Of a stretch of 32,000 nucleotides of DNA, positions 17,517 to 26,317 are shown in pieces. The position numbers and the translations under genes were made by a program. Source of the DNA: an uncultured bacterium (GTDB lineage: Bacteria; Auribacterota; JACPWU01). The stretch is from contig CAZXEQ010000001.1 of assembly GCA_964640155.1 (NCBI GenBank), forward strand, positions 456,403 to 488,402. The letters are read 5' to 3'. The first letter of the stretch is position 1. Each line of letters opens with the position of its first letter. Below the pieces are notes generated by a model, which saw nothing but the letters and a program-made list of their open reading frames with translations, had not been told where the DNA came from and ran no database searches.

Positions 17517-17960
17517 TTAATCTCGAGACTTTCGTCCGCGAAAAAAGGGCTTCTTCTTACCACCAAAACCTCTATTTTCACTTCCTCGATTGTCATTTCC
17601 TCTGTCTCTATTAAAACCTCTATCCCTATCAAAACTTCTTTCTCTGTCGAAAGGACGGTCTTGATCGAAACTTCTTTCTCTTGGAGCATGACTACGATCG
17701 GATCGATCATTATTTCGAGAATTGCCAAAAGAACGGAAAGGCTTCGAAAAGCGTTTTTCTCTATTAAAAGGTCTGTCTGGAGACTTTCCAAGGAGCATGT
17801 CTACTTTCTTTTCCAAAAATCCCAGCTGCTGCTGAATTTTCTTAAGTAAACCGATTACATCCGTTTGGTCTTGAGGTGCAAACTCTGATTCTTCAAACTG
17901 CTCTTCTTGCTGTTCATCTTGTTGTTCGTCTTGTTCGTTCTGCTCGTTTTGTTCGTTCAT
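17517..17960 (-). CDS. Intrinsically disordered charge-segregated protein with hexapeptide repeats
   Basis: 147 aa with a strong SD (aaggag). N-terminus NEQNEQNEQDEQQDEQQEEQ, central amphipathic helix VIGLLKKIQQQLGFLEKKV, C-terminal tandem xxRxF(D/N) units (RERSFD-QDRPFD-RERSFD-RDRGFN). The competing ORF 17507-17791 is in another frame of the same repeats. Confidence 0.65.
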   Translation of the reverse strand: MNEQNEQNEQDEQQDEQQEEQFEESEFAPQDQTDVIGLLKKIQQQLGFLEKKVDMLLGKSPDRPFNREKRFSKPFRSFGNSRNNDRSDRSHAPRERSFDQDRPFDRERSFDRDRGFNRDRGNDNRGSENRGFGGKKKPFFRGRKSRD

Positions 17961-18227
17961 CTTGCTCCTTTATATCCAGGCAAATTTTTGCGCTTGGAAT
18001 TGCATTTATGAGGATTCTAGCCTCGTGTAACTATAGTAAGGAATGTAGCTGTAAAGCGACATTTGTTAATACAGGGAGAACATACTACCAGCATTGACCG
18101 CTAAAATACTATCTATTTCCAAGATTGCTACTTCCTGGGATAAACTTTAAAGATAAAATATATGCGTTTTAAATGCGGCCTTTCTTCTTGTATACTACCT
18201 ATAAATCTGAGAAAAAGCCTAAAAACC

Positions 18228-18647
18228 ATGAAAATTCTCAATCATGAAGTCAAATTAGAGACTCAAGGCTTTTGCCATGTTATTGATATCACGGCAGAAG
18301 CAGAAAATACGCTCAAAAAATCAGGCATACAAAATGGACTTATCACTCTTTTTGTCGTGGGGTCTACAGCCGCTCTCACTACCGTAGAATACGAACCCGG
18401 GCTTGTTAAAGATTTGGAAGTGCTTTTTAAGAAAATTGCCCCTCAAGAGCAATATTATCATCATGAAGAAACCTGGCATGATGGAAATGGATTCTCTCAT
18501 GTCCGTGCCTCCCTTCTGAAACCCTCTTTAACTATCCCAATCGCTAACGGTCAAATGACACTTGGAACCTGGCAGCAAATTGTGCTCATTGACTTCGATA
18601 ATCGTCCCCGAACCCGAGCTGTGGCCGTGCAGGTGATGGGAGAGTAA
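18228..18647 (+). CDS. yjbQ: YjbQ/UPF0047-family protein (secondary thiamine-phosphate synthase-like)
   Basis: Start moved to the ATG at 18228 (MKILNHEV). TAALTTVEYEPG...HVRASL...GTWQQIVLIDFD are family motifs. Confidence 0.8.
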   Translation: MKILNHEVKLETQGFCHVIDITAEAENTLKKSGIQNGLITLFVVGSTAALTTVEYEPGLVKDLEVLFKKIAPQEQYYHHEETWHDGNGFSHVRASLLKPSLTIPIANGQMTLGTWQQIVLIDFDNRPRTRAVAVQVMGE

Positions 18648-18669
18648 ATTATAATATAATTACCTAACT

Positions 18670-19161
18670 CTATTTAATATCTGTACGCATTCGGTCAAAC
18701 TCGTTCTTCCATTGAATATAGCGGCGACTTCGAACTTCATGCTCACCCCCCAACTCAGACAACCGACTGTCACAGTAAATCTTAATGAGAAGAGCATGCG
18801 ATTTCCTAGAATAAAACAAGCGACCAATATATTCCACTCGTGTATCAATTTTTAACTGTGAATTTTTATCAAAGATAGTAGATCTAACCGAACGGACTTG
18901 ACGATCATTCAGGTAAGCTACCCCTTCAAGAGCGTCAAGAGTGGGTTTGATAACGTTGTCTGCATCCATCCTCACGTCTTTCGGTATATCTGTTACGTAT
19001 GCAATCTCAATCTCGATATCGTTAGTAGTAATTGGGCTGGCAATTTCTGACCTAGCCGCAGTTTGTACAGCGGTGTAATACATCTTTTTACCTCGGCTTG
19101 TCGTCGGGCGCTCTTCGACCCAGACCAAATAGGCAGGCGTTTCAGATTGATTATGTTTCAT
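18670..19161 (-). CDS. rusA: RusA-like Holliday-junction resolvase (phage-type), C-terminally extended
   Basis: DADNVIKPTLDALEGVAYLNDRQV aligns with the RusA DLDNLQKAAFDAL...DDAQV catalytic segment. Four hand-counted 60-nt lines give 42-57% GC, against about 35% in a neighbouring galE line. Confidence 0.65.
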   Translation of the reverse strand: MKHNQSETPAYLVWVEERPTTSRGKKMYYTAVQTAARSEIASPITTNDIEIEIAYVTDIPKDVRMDADNVIKPTLDALEGVAYLNDRQVRSVRSTIFDKNSQLKIDTRVEYIGRLFYSRKSHALLIKIYCDSRLSELGGEHEVRSRRYIQWKNEFDRMRTDIK

Positions 19162-19277
19162 ACCATCACCACTCTACAATAAGGTTGCCAGTTTGTCTCA
19201 TCAGTGCCCAAATGTGAAACGCCATTAGAGCTAGAACAATTATAGTTAAGCAAGTATTTTTTATGCTTCCTCTTTAA

Positions 19278-19523
19278 TCACGAAGCCTTTCGATAAAGGT
19301 TCGCATATCTATCTAGAACCTCCCGAATCATTTTCTGATACTTCGTGTGATAAGTCCCTGCTTCATGTTTAAAGAAATCTACACTGGATTTTTTAATAGA
19401 AATCGTGATTTTCACATTTTCGTCTGGAATGACAAGATCTTTAGGAGATGGCAGAAAATCTTTGACTCTTGTAAGCCTCCCTAAAGGCATATCCTCATCT
19501 ATGTCTATTTTCTTTCTTTTCAT
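19278..19523 (-). CDS. Ribbon-helix-helix (CopG/BrnA-like) type II antitoxin with no adjacent toxin
   Basis: 81 aa. DFLPSPKDLV...KITISIKKSSVDFFKHEA...YQKMIREVLDRY is the pattern of CopG/BrnA-type antitoxins as I remember them; SD ggggaagga. Confidence 0.6.
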   Translation of the reverse strand: MKRKKIDIDEDMPLGRLTRVKDFLPSPKDLVIPDENVKITISIKKSSVDFFKHEAGTYHTKYQKMIREVLDRYANLYRKAS

Positions 19524-19551
19524 AATATTCCTTCCCCTTATGCTGAAAACT

Positions 19552-19676
19552 AATTTAATTTAGTGACCATTGAAGGTTGAGCGAGCACGGCGTCCCGAGG
19601 TTAATCGGAACAAGCGAAACCTTCTTTGAGATAACTTTCCTCGCAGGGGAAAGTTATCGTGTCACAAAATTTAATT
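19552..19676 (-). repeat. Family-B GC-rich element, copy 2 (inverted relative to copy 1), just downstream of the nadE stop
   Basis: Terminal inverted repeat aatttaatttagtgac (19552-19567) / gtcacaaaatttaatt (19661-19676), 14/16. The reverse complement aligns with 14541-14640 (about 74% in the best ~58-nt block). Contains an 11-bp perfect hairpin at 19630-19658. Confidence 0.7.
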
Positions 19677-19690
19677 GGTTTTCTATTCCC

Positions 19691-20533
19691 CTATTTTCCC
19701 CAATCTCTTGCATATCTAAAATCTCTATCAATTGTTCGCTGAGAGATTTTGGCAATCAGGGGCAAGCGGCGTTTATACTGAGAATCGCGCATTTTGATGA
19801 AAATCTTTTTCACAAAATCTTTGTCAAAGCCTGCTTCTTCTAGTTCTTCCAAAGAATAGCGTTCATCCACCATATAATAAAAAAGTTTGTCGACATCTTT
19901 ATAACTAAATCCCATTTCTCCTTCATCTGTCTGCCCAGCCCAAAGATCTCCGCTCGGAGCCTTCCCCACAATTCCTTGAGGCACTCCCATAAACTCCGCC
20001 AGTTGCCAAACTTGAGTCTTATAAAGATCACCGAGGGGATTGATAGCCGAAACCATATCACCATATTGAGTGCCGTAACCTAAAAGCAATTCCGTCTTGT
20101 TGCTTGTTCCGATCACTAAGGCCTTGAGATCATGAGAATGATCATAGAGTATGGTCATACGCTCACGAGCTGATTTATTCCCACGCCTAATATTCGAAAT
20201 AGCTGGGAAAAGCTTGAAATAAGCATCCACCATCGGAGTAATTTCAATCACATTCAAATGAATTTTCAATTTCTCAGCAACCGTTTGAGCATCTTTCAAA
20301 CTGTTGGGGTGAGATGTTTGATAAGGCATGGCCAACGCCCAGACATTTTCAGGGCCCAACGCCTTGGCCAAAAGATAAGCCACGAGAGAGGAATCCACCC
20401 CTCCAGAAAGTCCAAAAATCGCCCGCTGAAAACCACATTTATGCGTTTCGTCTCTTAGAAACCGAACGAGCATTTCTTGGACGAGGCTTGGATTGATGAT
20501 GAGTGGATTGATTTCTGATTCTTGTAAGTTCAT
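19691..20533 (-). CDS. nadE: NAD+ synthetase, synthetase (ATP-pyrophosphatase) domain
   Basis: SGGVDSS P-loop and the full NadE domain. ATG at comp. 20531-20533 (MNLQESE); the track uses an upstream TTG at 20548. Confidence 0.85.
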   Translation of the reverse strand: MNLQESEINPLIINPSLVQEMLVRFLRDETHKCGFQRAIFGLSGGVDSSLVAYLLAKALGPENVWALAMPYQTSHPNSLKDAQTVAEKLKIHLNVIEITPMVDAYFKLFPAISNIRRGNKSARERMTILYDHSHDLKALVIGTSNKTELLLGYGTQYGDMVSAINPLGDLYKTQVWQLAEFMGVPQGIVGKAPSGDLWAGQTDEGEMGFSYKDVDKLFYYMVDERYSLEELEEAGFDKDFVKKIFIKMRDSQYKRRLPLIAKISQRTIDRDFRYARDWGK

Positions 20534-21347
20534 AAAGTACCAAATCAATGTTCTCGTCTCTGATCATCGGACTCATGAGACGACTGCGGCGGATTTCACC
20601 TTCATCTAACTCAACAAAAGTGAGCGCCTCTTCAAAATACGGGGCCTTCGTAATCACTTGTCCCTTGGGATTGACCACTTCGGACCCACCCCAAAAATTA
20701 ACGCCTTCCTCAACACCAGAGCGATTGACGTAAATAATATACACACCATAAAGTGCTGCATAAAAACGATTCATTTCCTCCCACATCTTTGTGCTATAAA
20801 GCTTTTCTTCAGTCCCTACACCTCTCCCCGGACTAGAAGAAAGAGCCAAAATAAATTTAGCACCATCTTGAACTGCAATCTGAATCGAAGTCGGATGCCA
20901 CAAATCCTCACAAATTAAAAGCCCCATGCGTCCAAATTGAGTTTGGAAAGACCGAATGGAATTACCTCGAGAAAAATAGCGCTGTTCATCAAACATTCCG
21001 TAGGTAGGCAGATAAACTTTGCGATGAAGATGTAGAATCTCTCCTGCCTCCAAATACGCCCCTGCATTAAAGAACTCTACTGAATCCGTTTCTTCCACAA
21101 AGCCAAAGCAAATGGAAATCTTTTTAGATAGTGCTAGCAGTTCTTTCCACATCTTCGATTTTTGTTTAAGAGATACTCCCGAAACCGTATCTCTTAGAAA
21201 ATACCCTGTCAGCGCCAGCTCAGGGAAAATGATTAATTGAGCTTTTTGCTTAACAGCTTCACGAATTTTCCGAGTAAAAAGCTCAAAATTCCACTCTAAA
21301 TCTCCGAGGCGTGGATAGACTTGAGCCAATGCAATTTTAGTTTTCAT
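20439..21347 (-). CDS. Carbon-nitrogen hydrolase (glutaminase) domain of glutamine-dependent NAD+ synthetase, in a separate frame
   Basis: 302 aa. CN-hydrolase pattern ([18 protein letters not shown] with the catalytic Cys). The last ~22 residues ([22 protein letters not shown]) are the out-of-frame reading of the nadE N-terminus. Confidence 0.8.
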   Translation of the reverse strand: MKTKIALAQVYPRLGDLEWNFELFTRKIREAVKQKAQLIIFPELALTGYFLRDTVSGVSLKQKSKMWKELLALSKKISICFGFVEETDSVEFFNAGAYLEAGEILHLHRKVYLPTYGMFDEQRYFSRGNSIRSFQTQFGRMGLLICEDLWHPTSIQIAVQDGAKFILALSSSPGRGVGTEEKLYSTKMWEEMNRFYAALYGVYIIYVNRSGVEEGVNFWGGSEVVNPKGQVITKAPYFEEALTFVELDEGEIRRSRLMSPMIRDENIDLVLYELTRIRNQSTHHQSKPRPRNARSVSKRRNA

Positions 21348-21359
21348 AGTTCAGCCGCT

Positions 21360-21878
21360 TTATTCCTCGTGAAAACCGATTCTTTTTTTGGGCTTGTCTT
21401 CCGGTTCAACCATTAACTGCCGTATGGCTTCAAAAATACCCATAATTTCTTCATCGTGTTTTTCAATCTTTCTTTCAAGCTGTGAGAGCTTTAAGGCCAA
21501 TTCTTTATGAGAAGATATTAACTCGCGTAATTTAACAAATGTTTTTATAATTTGTATGCTGATTTTAACAGCCTGCCCACTATTGAGAACGCTTGAAAGC
21601 ATCGCTACGCCATGCTCAGTAAAAGCATGTGGCAATGTAGACGAATGTTTCAATTTTTCGAACCGGTGCCAATTTGTCACCAGTTCCTCTTTTTCATCCT
21701 TGGTCAGTTGAAACATAAATTCTTCAGGAAATCTTTCCTGGTTACGCTTGACTTGTCTATTTAAATATTTGGTTTCTACTCCGTACAATTGAGCCAGGTC
21801 TCTATCAATCATAATCCTATGGCCCCGAATGAGAAAAATCTTATCTTCAATTTTCTCATGTAAAACTAAAGTTGTCAT
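21360..21878 (-). CDS. ORF6N-domain (KilA-N-related) DNA-binding protein, a mobile-element-type gene
   Basis: IRGHRIMIDRDLAQLYGVETKYLNRQVKRNQERFPEEFMFQLT matches the ORF6N domain pattern; coiled-coil C-terminus. Confidence 0.75.
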   Translation of the reverse strand: MTTLVLHEKIEDKIFLIRGHRIMIDRDLAQLYGVETKYLNRQVKRNQERFPEEFMFQLTKDEKEELVTNWHRFEKLKHSSTLPHAFTEHGVAMLSSVLNSGQAVKISIQIIKTFVKLRELISSHKELALKLSQLERKIEKHDEEIMGIFEAIRQLMVEPEDKPKKRIGFHEE

Positions 21879-21933
21879 ATCAGTCTCTTCATTTATTAAC
21901 CATCAAAAACACATCAGCTTCTGTTACTCACTT

Positions 21934-21954
21934 GATATCACAATTTGTGATATC
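21934..21954. promoter_or_regulatory. Perfect 9-3-9 palindrome GATATCACA-att-TGTGATATC upstream of the ORF6N gene (candidate operator)
   Basis: Read directly; 56 nt upstream of the ORF6N start codon at 21878. Confidence 0.4.
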
Positions 21955-21977
21955 TAATTTACTATGAAGAACGTATT

Positions 21978-22826
21978 CTACCTCAAAAGCTCATAAAAAA
22001 ACTCGAAAAATGAAGAGCGATCCATTCCAATTGCTACTTGCAAAGACTTTGGAGAAGGGATAAAAGATGAAAACCAATGACCCTTATCTTTTTCCAATAT
22101 CATCTCCCCTTCTTTATACGACAAAGAGTCTAGCCCCAAAAGGCCAGCAACTGCGACAGGATCACACAAATAAAAGGTTTCTCGTCCAGACGCTTTTTGC
22201 CAGGTATGCCAGCCTTGCAAAATAAATTCTTTTACCTCACGACAAATTTTAAAACGTTCGATCTCTTTTTCATCAATAAAAAATTGTCGGCCCAGCTCTA
22301 AAGGAATTATTTTTTTAGGAATACGCGTTGCTAATAAGCAACGCGCCGCCTGAGGATCTGAACAAAAATTAAATTCTTCTTCTCGCTCGATAGAACCTCC
22401 CATGCCTGTCCAGCACGTGATATTCTCTTCTAATTCTGGCTGAAGTGACAAAGCTGCTGAAAATTCTGTAAGTGGCCCTAAAGTCAGAACTTCTAACTCA
22501 GGCGTCTGAGACAAGATTTCTAAAAATAGATTCTCTGCATTTTCTTGATTTTCTAAGGATGTCTCTGTCCCTAGATATTCCCTTTTCAGATATAGATCTT
22601 CGGATTTAGAAGAACCTTGTCCTACAGGGATATTTCTACCTTCATGTCTCAAAATTTCTTTTAGTAAATGAAGCCGTTGTCCTTCTTTATCCTGACATGT
22701 GCCTATCCCTACGATTTCTATTTCAGAAGATCTCAAAGCCATCAAAATTGCCAAAATATCGTCTGGATTGGTTCCAATGTCAGTCCATATAAATACAGGT
22801 TTTGCTTCCATGGATTTATAATACAT
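21978..22826 (-). CDS. Nucleoside hydrolase (IUNH family)
   Basis: 282 aa. N-terminal IWTDIGTNPDDILAILMAL resembles the DxDxxxDD Ca-binding fingerprint. The start is uncertain (M1 or M6). Confidence 0.6.
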   Translation of the reverse strand: MYYKSMEAKPVFIWTDIGTNPDDILAILMALRSSEIEIVGIGTCQDKEGQRLHLLKEILRHEGRNIPVGQGSSKSEDLYLKREYLGTETSLENQENAENLFLEILSQTPELEVLTLGPLTEFSAALSLQPELEENITCWTGMGGSIEREEEFNFCSDPQAARCLLATRIPKKIIPLELGRQFFIDEKEIERFKICREVKEFILQGWHTWQKASGRETFYLCDPVAVAGLLGLDSLSYKEGEMILEKDKGHWFSSFIPSPKSLQVAIGMDRSSFFEFFYELLR

Positions 22827-22914
22827 ATAAATTTTAAATTCACAATATACGATTCTAATCTTAAAAAGGCTTTTTTATTGCAAGCACTGGCCAAAGCCCA
22901 TAAGATGTTGGACT

Positions 22915-23913
22915 ATGAATATTCTTCTTACCGGTGGAGCTGGTTACATTGGAAGCGTCACAGCTAAAGAGCTTTTGAATAGGAATCATGCGCTCACCCT
23001 CATCGATGATTTGAGTGAAGGGCATCGCGAAGCAATTGACTCAAGAGCCCATTTTATTGAAGGGAATCTTTCCGATTCTAAAGTTCTCAAAACAGCTTTT
23101 CAAAATAAGAGCTATGATGCCGTTATACACTTTGCAGCTTCCTGCCGAGTTGGAGAATCTGTAGAAAACCCTGCTCTTTATTATCGAAACAATGTAGAAG
23201 CAAGCCTATGTCTTTTAGAAGCTGTACGAGAAAATAAAGTGCCCAAATTTATTTTTTCTTCATCCTGCGCCATTTATGGGGAACCTAAAGATGTTCCTAT
23301 CACAGAGCAAACACTTGAAAAACCCTCTCATCCCTATGGAGAGACTAAATGGGTCTTTGAAAACATGCTTCGCTGGTATTCAAAAGCCTATGGAATCACC
23401 ACCATTGCCCTGCGTTACTTTAACGCAGCAGGGGCAACAGAAGAACTGGGAGAATATCATTCCCCTGAAACACATTTAATTCCAAACGTACTTCGTGCAG
23501 CATCGGGGCAGTTGCCCCATGTTGAAATTTACGGAACAGATTATCCAACCTCAGATGGAACTTGCGTTCGAGATTACATTCATATTTTAGACATTGCAGA
23601 AGCACATATTCTTGCACTAAAAAGCGATACATCTAATGCATTTAATCTTGGAAATGGAAATGGTTACTCTGTACGTGAAGTGATTCAAGCAGCAGAGAAA
23701 ATTTGCAAAAAGAAAATCCCTGTTCGATCGTCTCCTCGTCGAGCAGGAGATCCTCCCAGTTTAATCGCAAGCGCAAAAAAAATTCAAAAAGAGCTTGGTT
23801 GGGCTCCTAAATTTCCTGATCTTGAAACAATCATTACAAGCTCCTGGAATTGGATGCAAAAAAATCCTAATGGATTTAAATCTATTCAATCGGCTTCAAA
23901 AAGGAGCGCTTAA
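22915..23913 (+). CDS. galE: UDP-glucose 4-epimerase
   Basis: 332 aa. GGAGYIGS Rossmann motif, YGETK catalytic YxxxK, typical GalE length. Confidence 0.9.
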   Translation: MNILLTGGAGYIGSVTAKELLNRNHALTLIDDLSEGHREAIDSRAHFIEGNLSDSKVLKTAFQNKSYDAVIHFAASCRVGESVENPALYYRNNVEASLCLLEAVRENKVPKFIFSSSCAIYGEPKDVPITEQTLEKPSHPYGETKWVFENMLRWYSKAYGITTIALRYFNAAGATEELGEYHSPETHLIPNVLRAASGQLPHVEIYGTDYPTSDGTCVRDYIHILDIAEAHILALKSDTSNAFNLGNGNGYSVREVIQAAEKICKKKIPVRSSPRRAGDPPSLIASAKKIQKELGWAPKFPDLETIITSSWNWMQKNPNGFKSIQSASKRSA

Positions 23914-25181
23914 TGGAACTGGAAATTCAACCTCTTTCAAAAGTAAATGCGAGCGTTCAAGTACCAGGCTCCAAAAGTTATACCAATCGAGCTCTGATCA
24001 TTGCTTCCCTTGCAGATGGAATCAGTTATTTGGGAAATTGTCTTTTAGCAGATGATACACAGCTCATGATCAAAGCTTTGCAAGAATTAGGAATACCTAT
24101 CGCTATAGAGACAAACAATCTCACGGTGATGGGACGATCAGGCCGTATGGGACTTATTCGAAAACCTCTTTTTGCAGGCAATGCTGGAACCACACTTCGC
24201 TTTCTAGCCAGCCTCGTTGCACTGGGGCATGGACGTTACACCCTTGATGGGGATGAAAGAATGCGTGAAAGGCCTGTTGCAGATCTTTTAGATGGACTCA
24301 AGCAACTTGGGACAAAAGCTTATGGTGAGAAAAAAGAAGGATATCCCCCTATTATCGTCGAAGCAAATGGTTTAAAGGGAGGAAAAGTTTCTCTTCGAGC
24401 AGATCGCTCTAGCCAATATCTTTCAAGCATTCTCATGGCCGCTCCTTACGCTCAAAAACCTGTTCAAATTTCTATAGAAGGTAAACTGGTCTCTAAACCC
24501 TATGTGGATATGACTTTAGCTTTGATGAAGATATTTGGCGTTGAGGTTACAGAGGAAAAAGGAAAGATTTTTAAAATTTCAGCTCCTCAAAAATATAAAC
24601 CTCAAGCCTATCAAATTGAAGCAGATGCCTCCAATGCCTCCTACTTTTTTGCTGCAGCAGCTGTCACTGAAGGGAGAATCTGTGTTACCAATATGAATCC
24701 TCATACGCTTCAAGGGGATATTAAGATTTTAGATCTCATGTCTCAAATGGGGTGTAAGGTTCAAAAAAATTCTGATTCTATCATTGTAGAGGGAGGTCCC
24801 TTGCGTGGAATTCAAGCAGATCTTCAAGATATACCCGATATGGTTCCTACTTTGGCCATAATGGCCCTCTTTGCTCAGGGAGAAACATTCATTAAAAATA
24901 TTGCTCATTTAAAAATCAAAGAGACTGATCGAATTGAAGCTCTTGCCAACGAATTAAGAAAAATAGGAGCTCAAGTTGAAGCAGGCAATGATTATCTAAA
25001 AATTATACCCCAGCCTCTCCATTCCGCTTCTATTAAGACTTATAACGATCACCGCATGGCCATGAGCTTTGCAATCGCAGGGCTTAAGATCCCAGGACTC
25101 ATCATTCAAGATCCAGAATGTGTCAAAAAGTCCTATCCTGGCTTCTGGAATGACTTAAATAAGCTTTACGGACAATCTTGA
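23913..25181 (+). CDS. aroA: 3-phosphoshikimate 1-carboxyvinyltransferase (EPSP synthase)
   Basis: 422 aa. VPGSKSYTNRALIIASLADG, LFAGNAGTTLRFL, DHRMAMSFA motifs. TAATG overlap with galE. Confidence 0.92.
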   Translation: MELEIQPLSKVNASVQVPGSKSYTNRALIIASLADGISYLGNCLLADDTQLMIKALQELGIPIAIETNNLTVMGRSGRMGLIRKPLFAGNAGTTLRFLASLVALGHGRYTLDGDERMRERPVADLLDGLKQLGTKAYGEKKEGYPPIIVEANGLKGGKVSLRADRSSQYLSSILMAAPYAQKPVQISIEGKLVSKPYVDMTLALMKIFGVEVTEEKGKIFKISAPQKYKPQAYQIEADASNASYFFAAAAVTEGRICVTNMNPHTLQGDIKILDLMSQMGCKVQKNSDSIIVEGGPLRGIQADLQDIPDMVPTLAIMALFAQGETFIKNIAHLKIKETDRIEALANELRKIGAQVEAGNDYLKIIPQPLHSASIKTYNDHRMAMSFAIAGLKIPGLIIQDPECVKKSYPGFWNDLNKLYGQS

Positions 25182-25208
25182 ACATTAAAATTTATTAATT
25201 CCCACAAG

Positions 25209-25217
25209 TTATCCACA
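25209..25217 (+). promoter_or_regulatory. Perfect DnaA box TTATCCACA
   Basis: Exact match to the 9-mer consensus, at the left edge of the AT-rich gap. Confidence 0.5.
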
Positions 25218-25969
25218 CCTTACTCACAGGCCATAAAAGCTCAAACTCAAAGAAAACCCTCTTCGAGATAAAAATTTAAACGAAAATTCGAAAACAGTTT
25301 TTTCCTCTCTAAATAAAAAAAATAATCTCAAAACAAGATTCTTTTTAGAAAATTTTATAAAAAAATAAATATTTTTTAATTTCTCAATATGAAATTTGGA
25401 AAACTTTCCTCTTTCTTCAAAATTGAACGAAATGAATAAAAATTTCAATGCAAGCAAGGTTTAATTCTGTATTTTTAATTTTAAGAAGAAAAAAGGAACT
25501 TGATGCCAACCTTTTTAGTTTTAGTTAAAAAATTTAAAAAATATTTGAGAACACTACAGGAATAGAATTTTAAAAATATAATATGCTCTGTTAGAACTAG
25601 TTACATATATACGATCGAATTTAGAAATAGACCAGTGTCCTAATTTTTTAAAAAGAGTATTGCTCTCGTATTTCTCTCAAAAATGAAACTCGCATTGAAA
25701 AAGTATCTTCAATTTATTTCAAAATGATTTCTACTGCACAACTTAGGTAAAAATAAAGTTTGAGCTCAAATAGAAAGTAAATTTTTGGTTTATGAAAATT
25801 TTTTCTTCTGCTCAAAAGAAAATCATGCAAGAATGCTCACAAAAATTTTTAAGAACATAAAAAAGCAGAGAAAGAGAAAATAGTTTTTACTTTTATAACA
25901 TCCAAAGAGAAAAATCGAAGCTACTTAGGCAAGTTCCATATCAAAAATGATTGATGATTTAATCCAAGG

Positions 25970-25978
25970 TTATCCACA
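25970..25978 (+). promoter_or_regulatory. Perfect DnaA box TTATCCACA
   Basis: Exact match in the same orientation, at the right edge of the AT-rich gap, abutting the ATG at 25979. Confidence 0.5.
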
Positions 25979-26317
25979 ATGAACGGCTTCATTCTTCACA
26001 TCAGCTTCTCTACCGCATGTTTACTTGTTTCTATCGCAATTGCGTTAAAAAAACGCGCCTCTTTTCTTTTAAGATTCTTAATATTAGGGCTAGGGGCACT
26101 CTGGCTTCCTGCTGTAACACTCATTTACTTCCTAAAATCAGGATCTTCTCGCAGTTGGGAATGGACAATTTTGACCATTGGATGGCTTTCTGTCTGGATG
26201 GTATTAGGCTTATGCCTGATGTGGTCAAAAAGTATTCATTTTTTAGGAAGAGAGTTAGTCATTTTAAGTTTGATGGGGATTTTGAGCGTTTTAGTTCAAT
26301 TGATTTTTGTTTTCTAG
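25979..26317 (+). CDS. Small polytopic membrane protein (about 4 TM helices), hypothetical
   Basis: 112 aa, almost entirely hydrophobic helices. No clear SD, since the DnaA box occupies that position. The alternative ORF 26017-26373 is not membrane-like. Confidence 0.4.
   Translation: MNGFILHISFSTACLLVSIAIALKKRASFLLRFLILGLGALWLPAVTLIYFLKSGSSRSWEWTILTIGWLSVWMVLGLCLMWSKSIHFLGRELVILSLMGILSVLVQLIFVF

Noticed and set aside
19630-19658. 11-bp perfect hairpin gataactttcc/ggaaagttatc as the nadE intrinsic terminator or an antitoxin operator
   Set aside because: There is no U-tract on either strand, and it is part of the family-B element (degenerate in copy 1). I therefore report it under that element rather than as a separate terminator or operator.
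19561-19665. Minus-strand frame ...RRFRLFRLTSGRRARSTFNGH* upstream of the antitoxin looked like a remnant BrnT (DUF497) toxin C-terminus (RIISARKAT-like)
   Set aside because: The same DNA is homologous to the non-coding family-B element at 14525-14655, the open frame is only about 34 codons long after a stop, and the similarity covers about 9 residues.
25224-25457. 77-aa minus-strand ORF in the AT-rich gap
   Set aside because: Its Phe/Lys/Leu-rich translation reflects AT-rich sequence, and there is no SD or recognisable domain.
25239-25845. Recurring (G)CTCAAA motif (about 6-7 occurrences) in the AT-rich gap as possible iterons
   Set aside because: It is a short A-rich heptamer in a region of roughly 20-25% GC by eye, with irregular spacing and variable flanks. 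I cannot separate it from chance without statistics.
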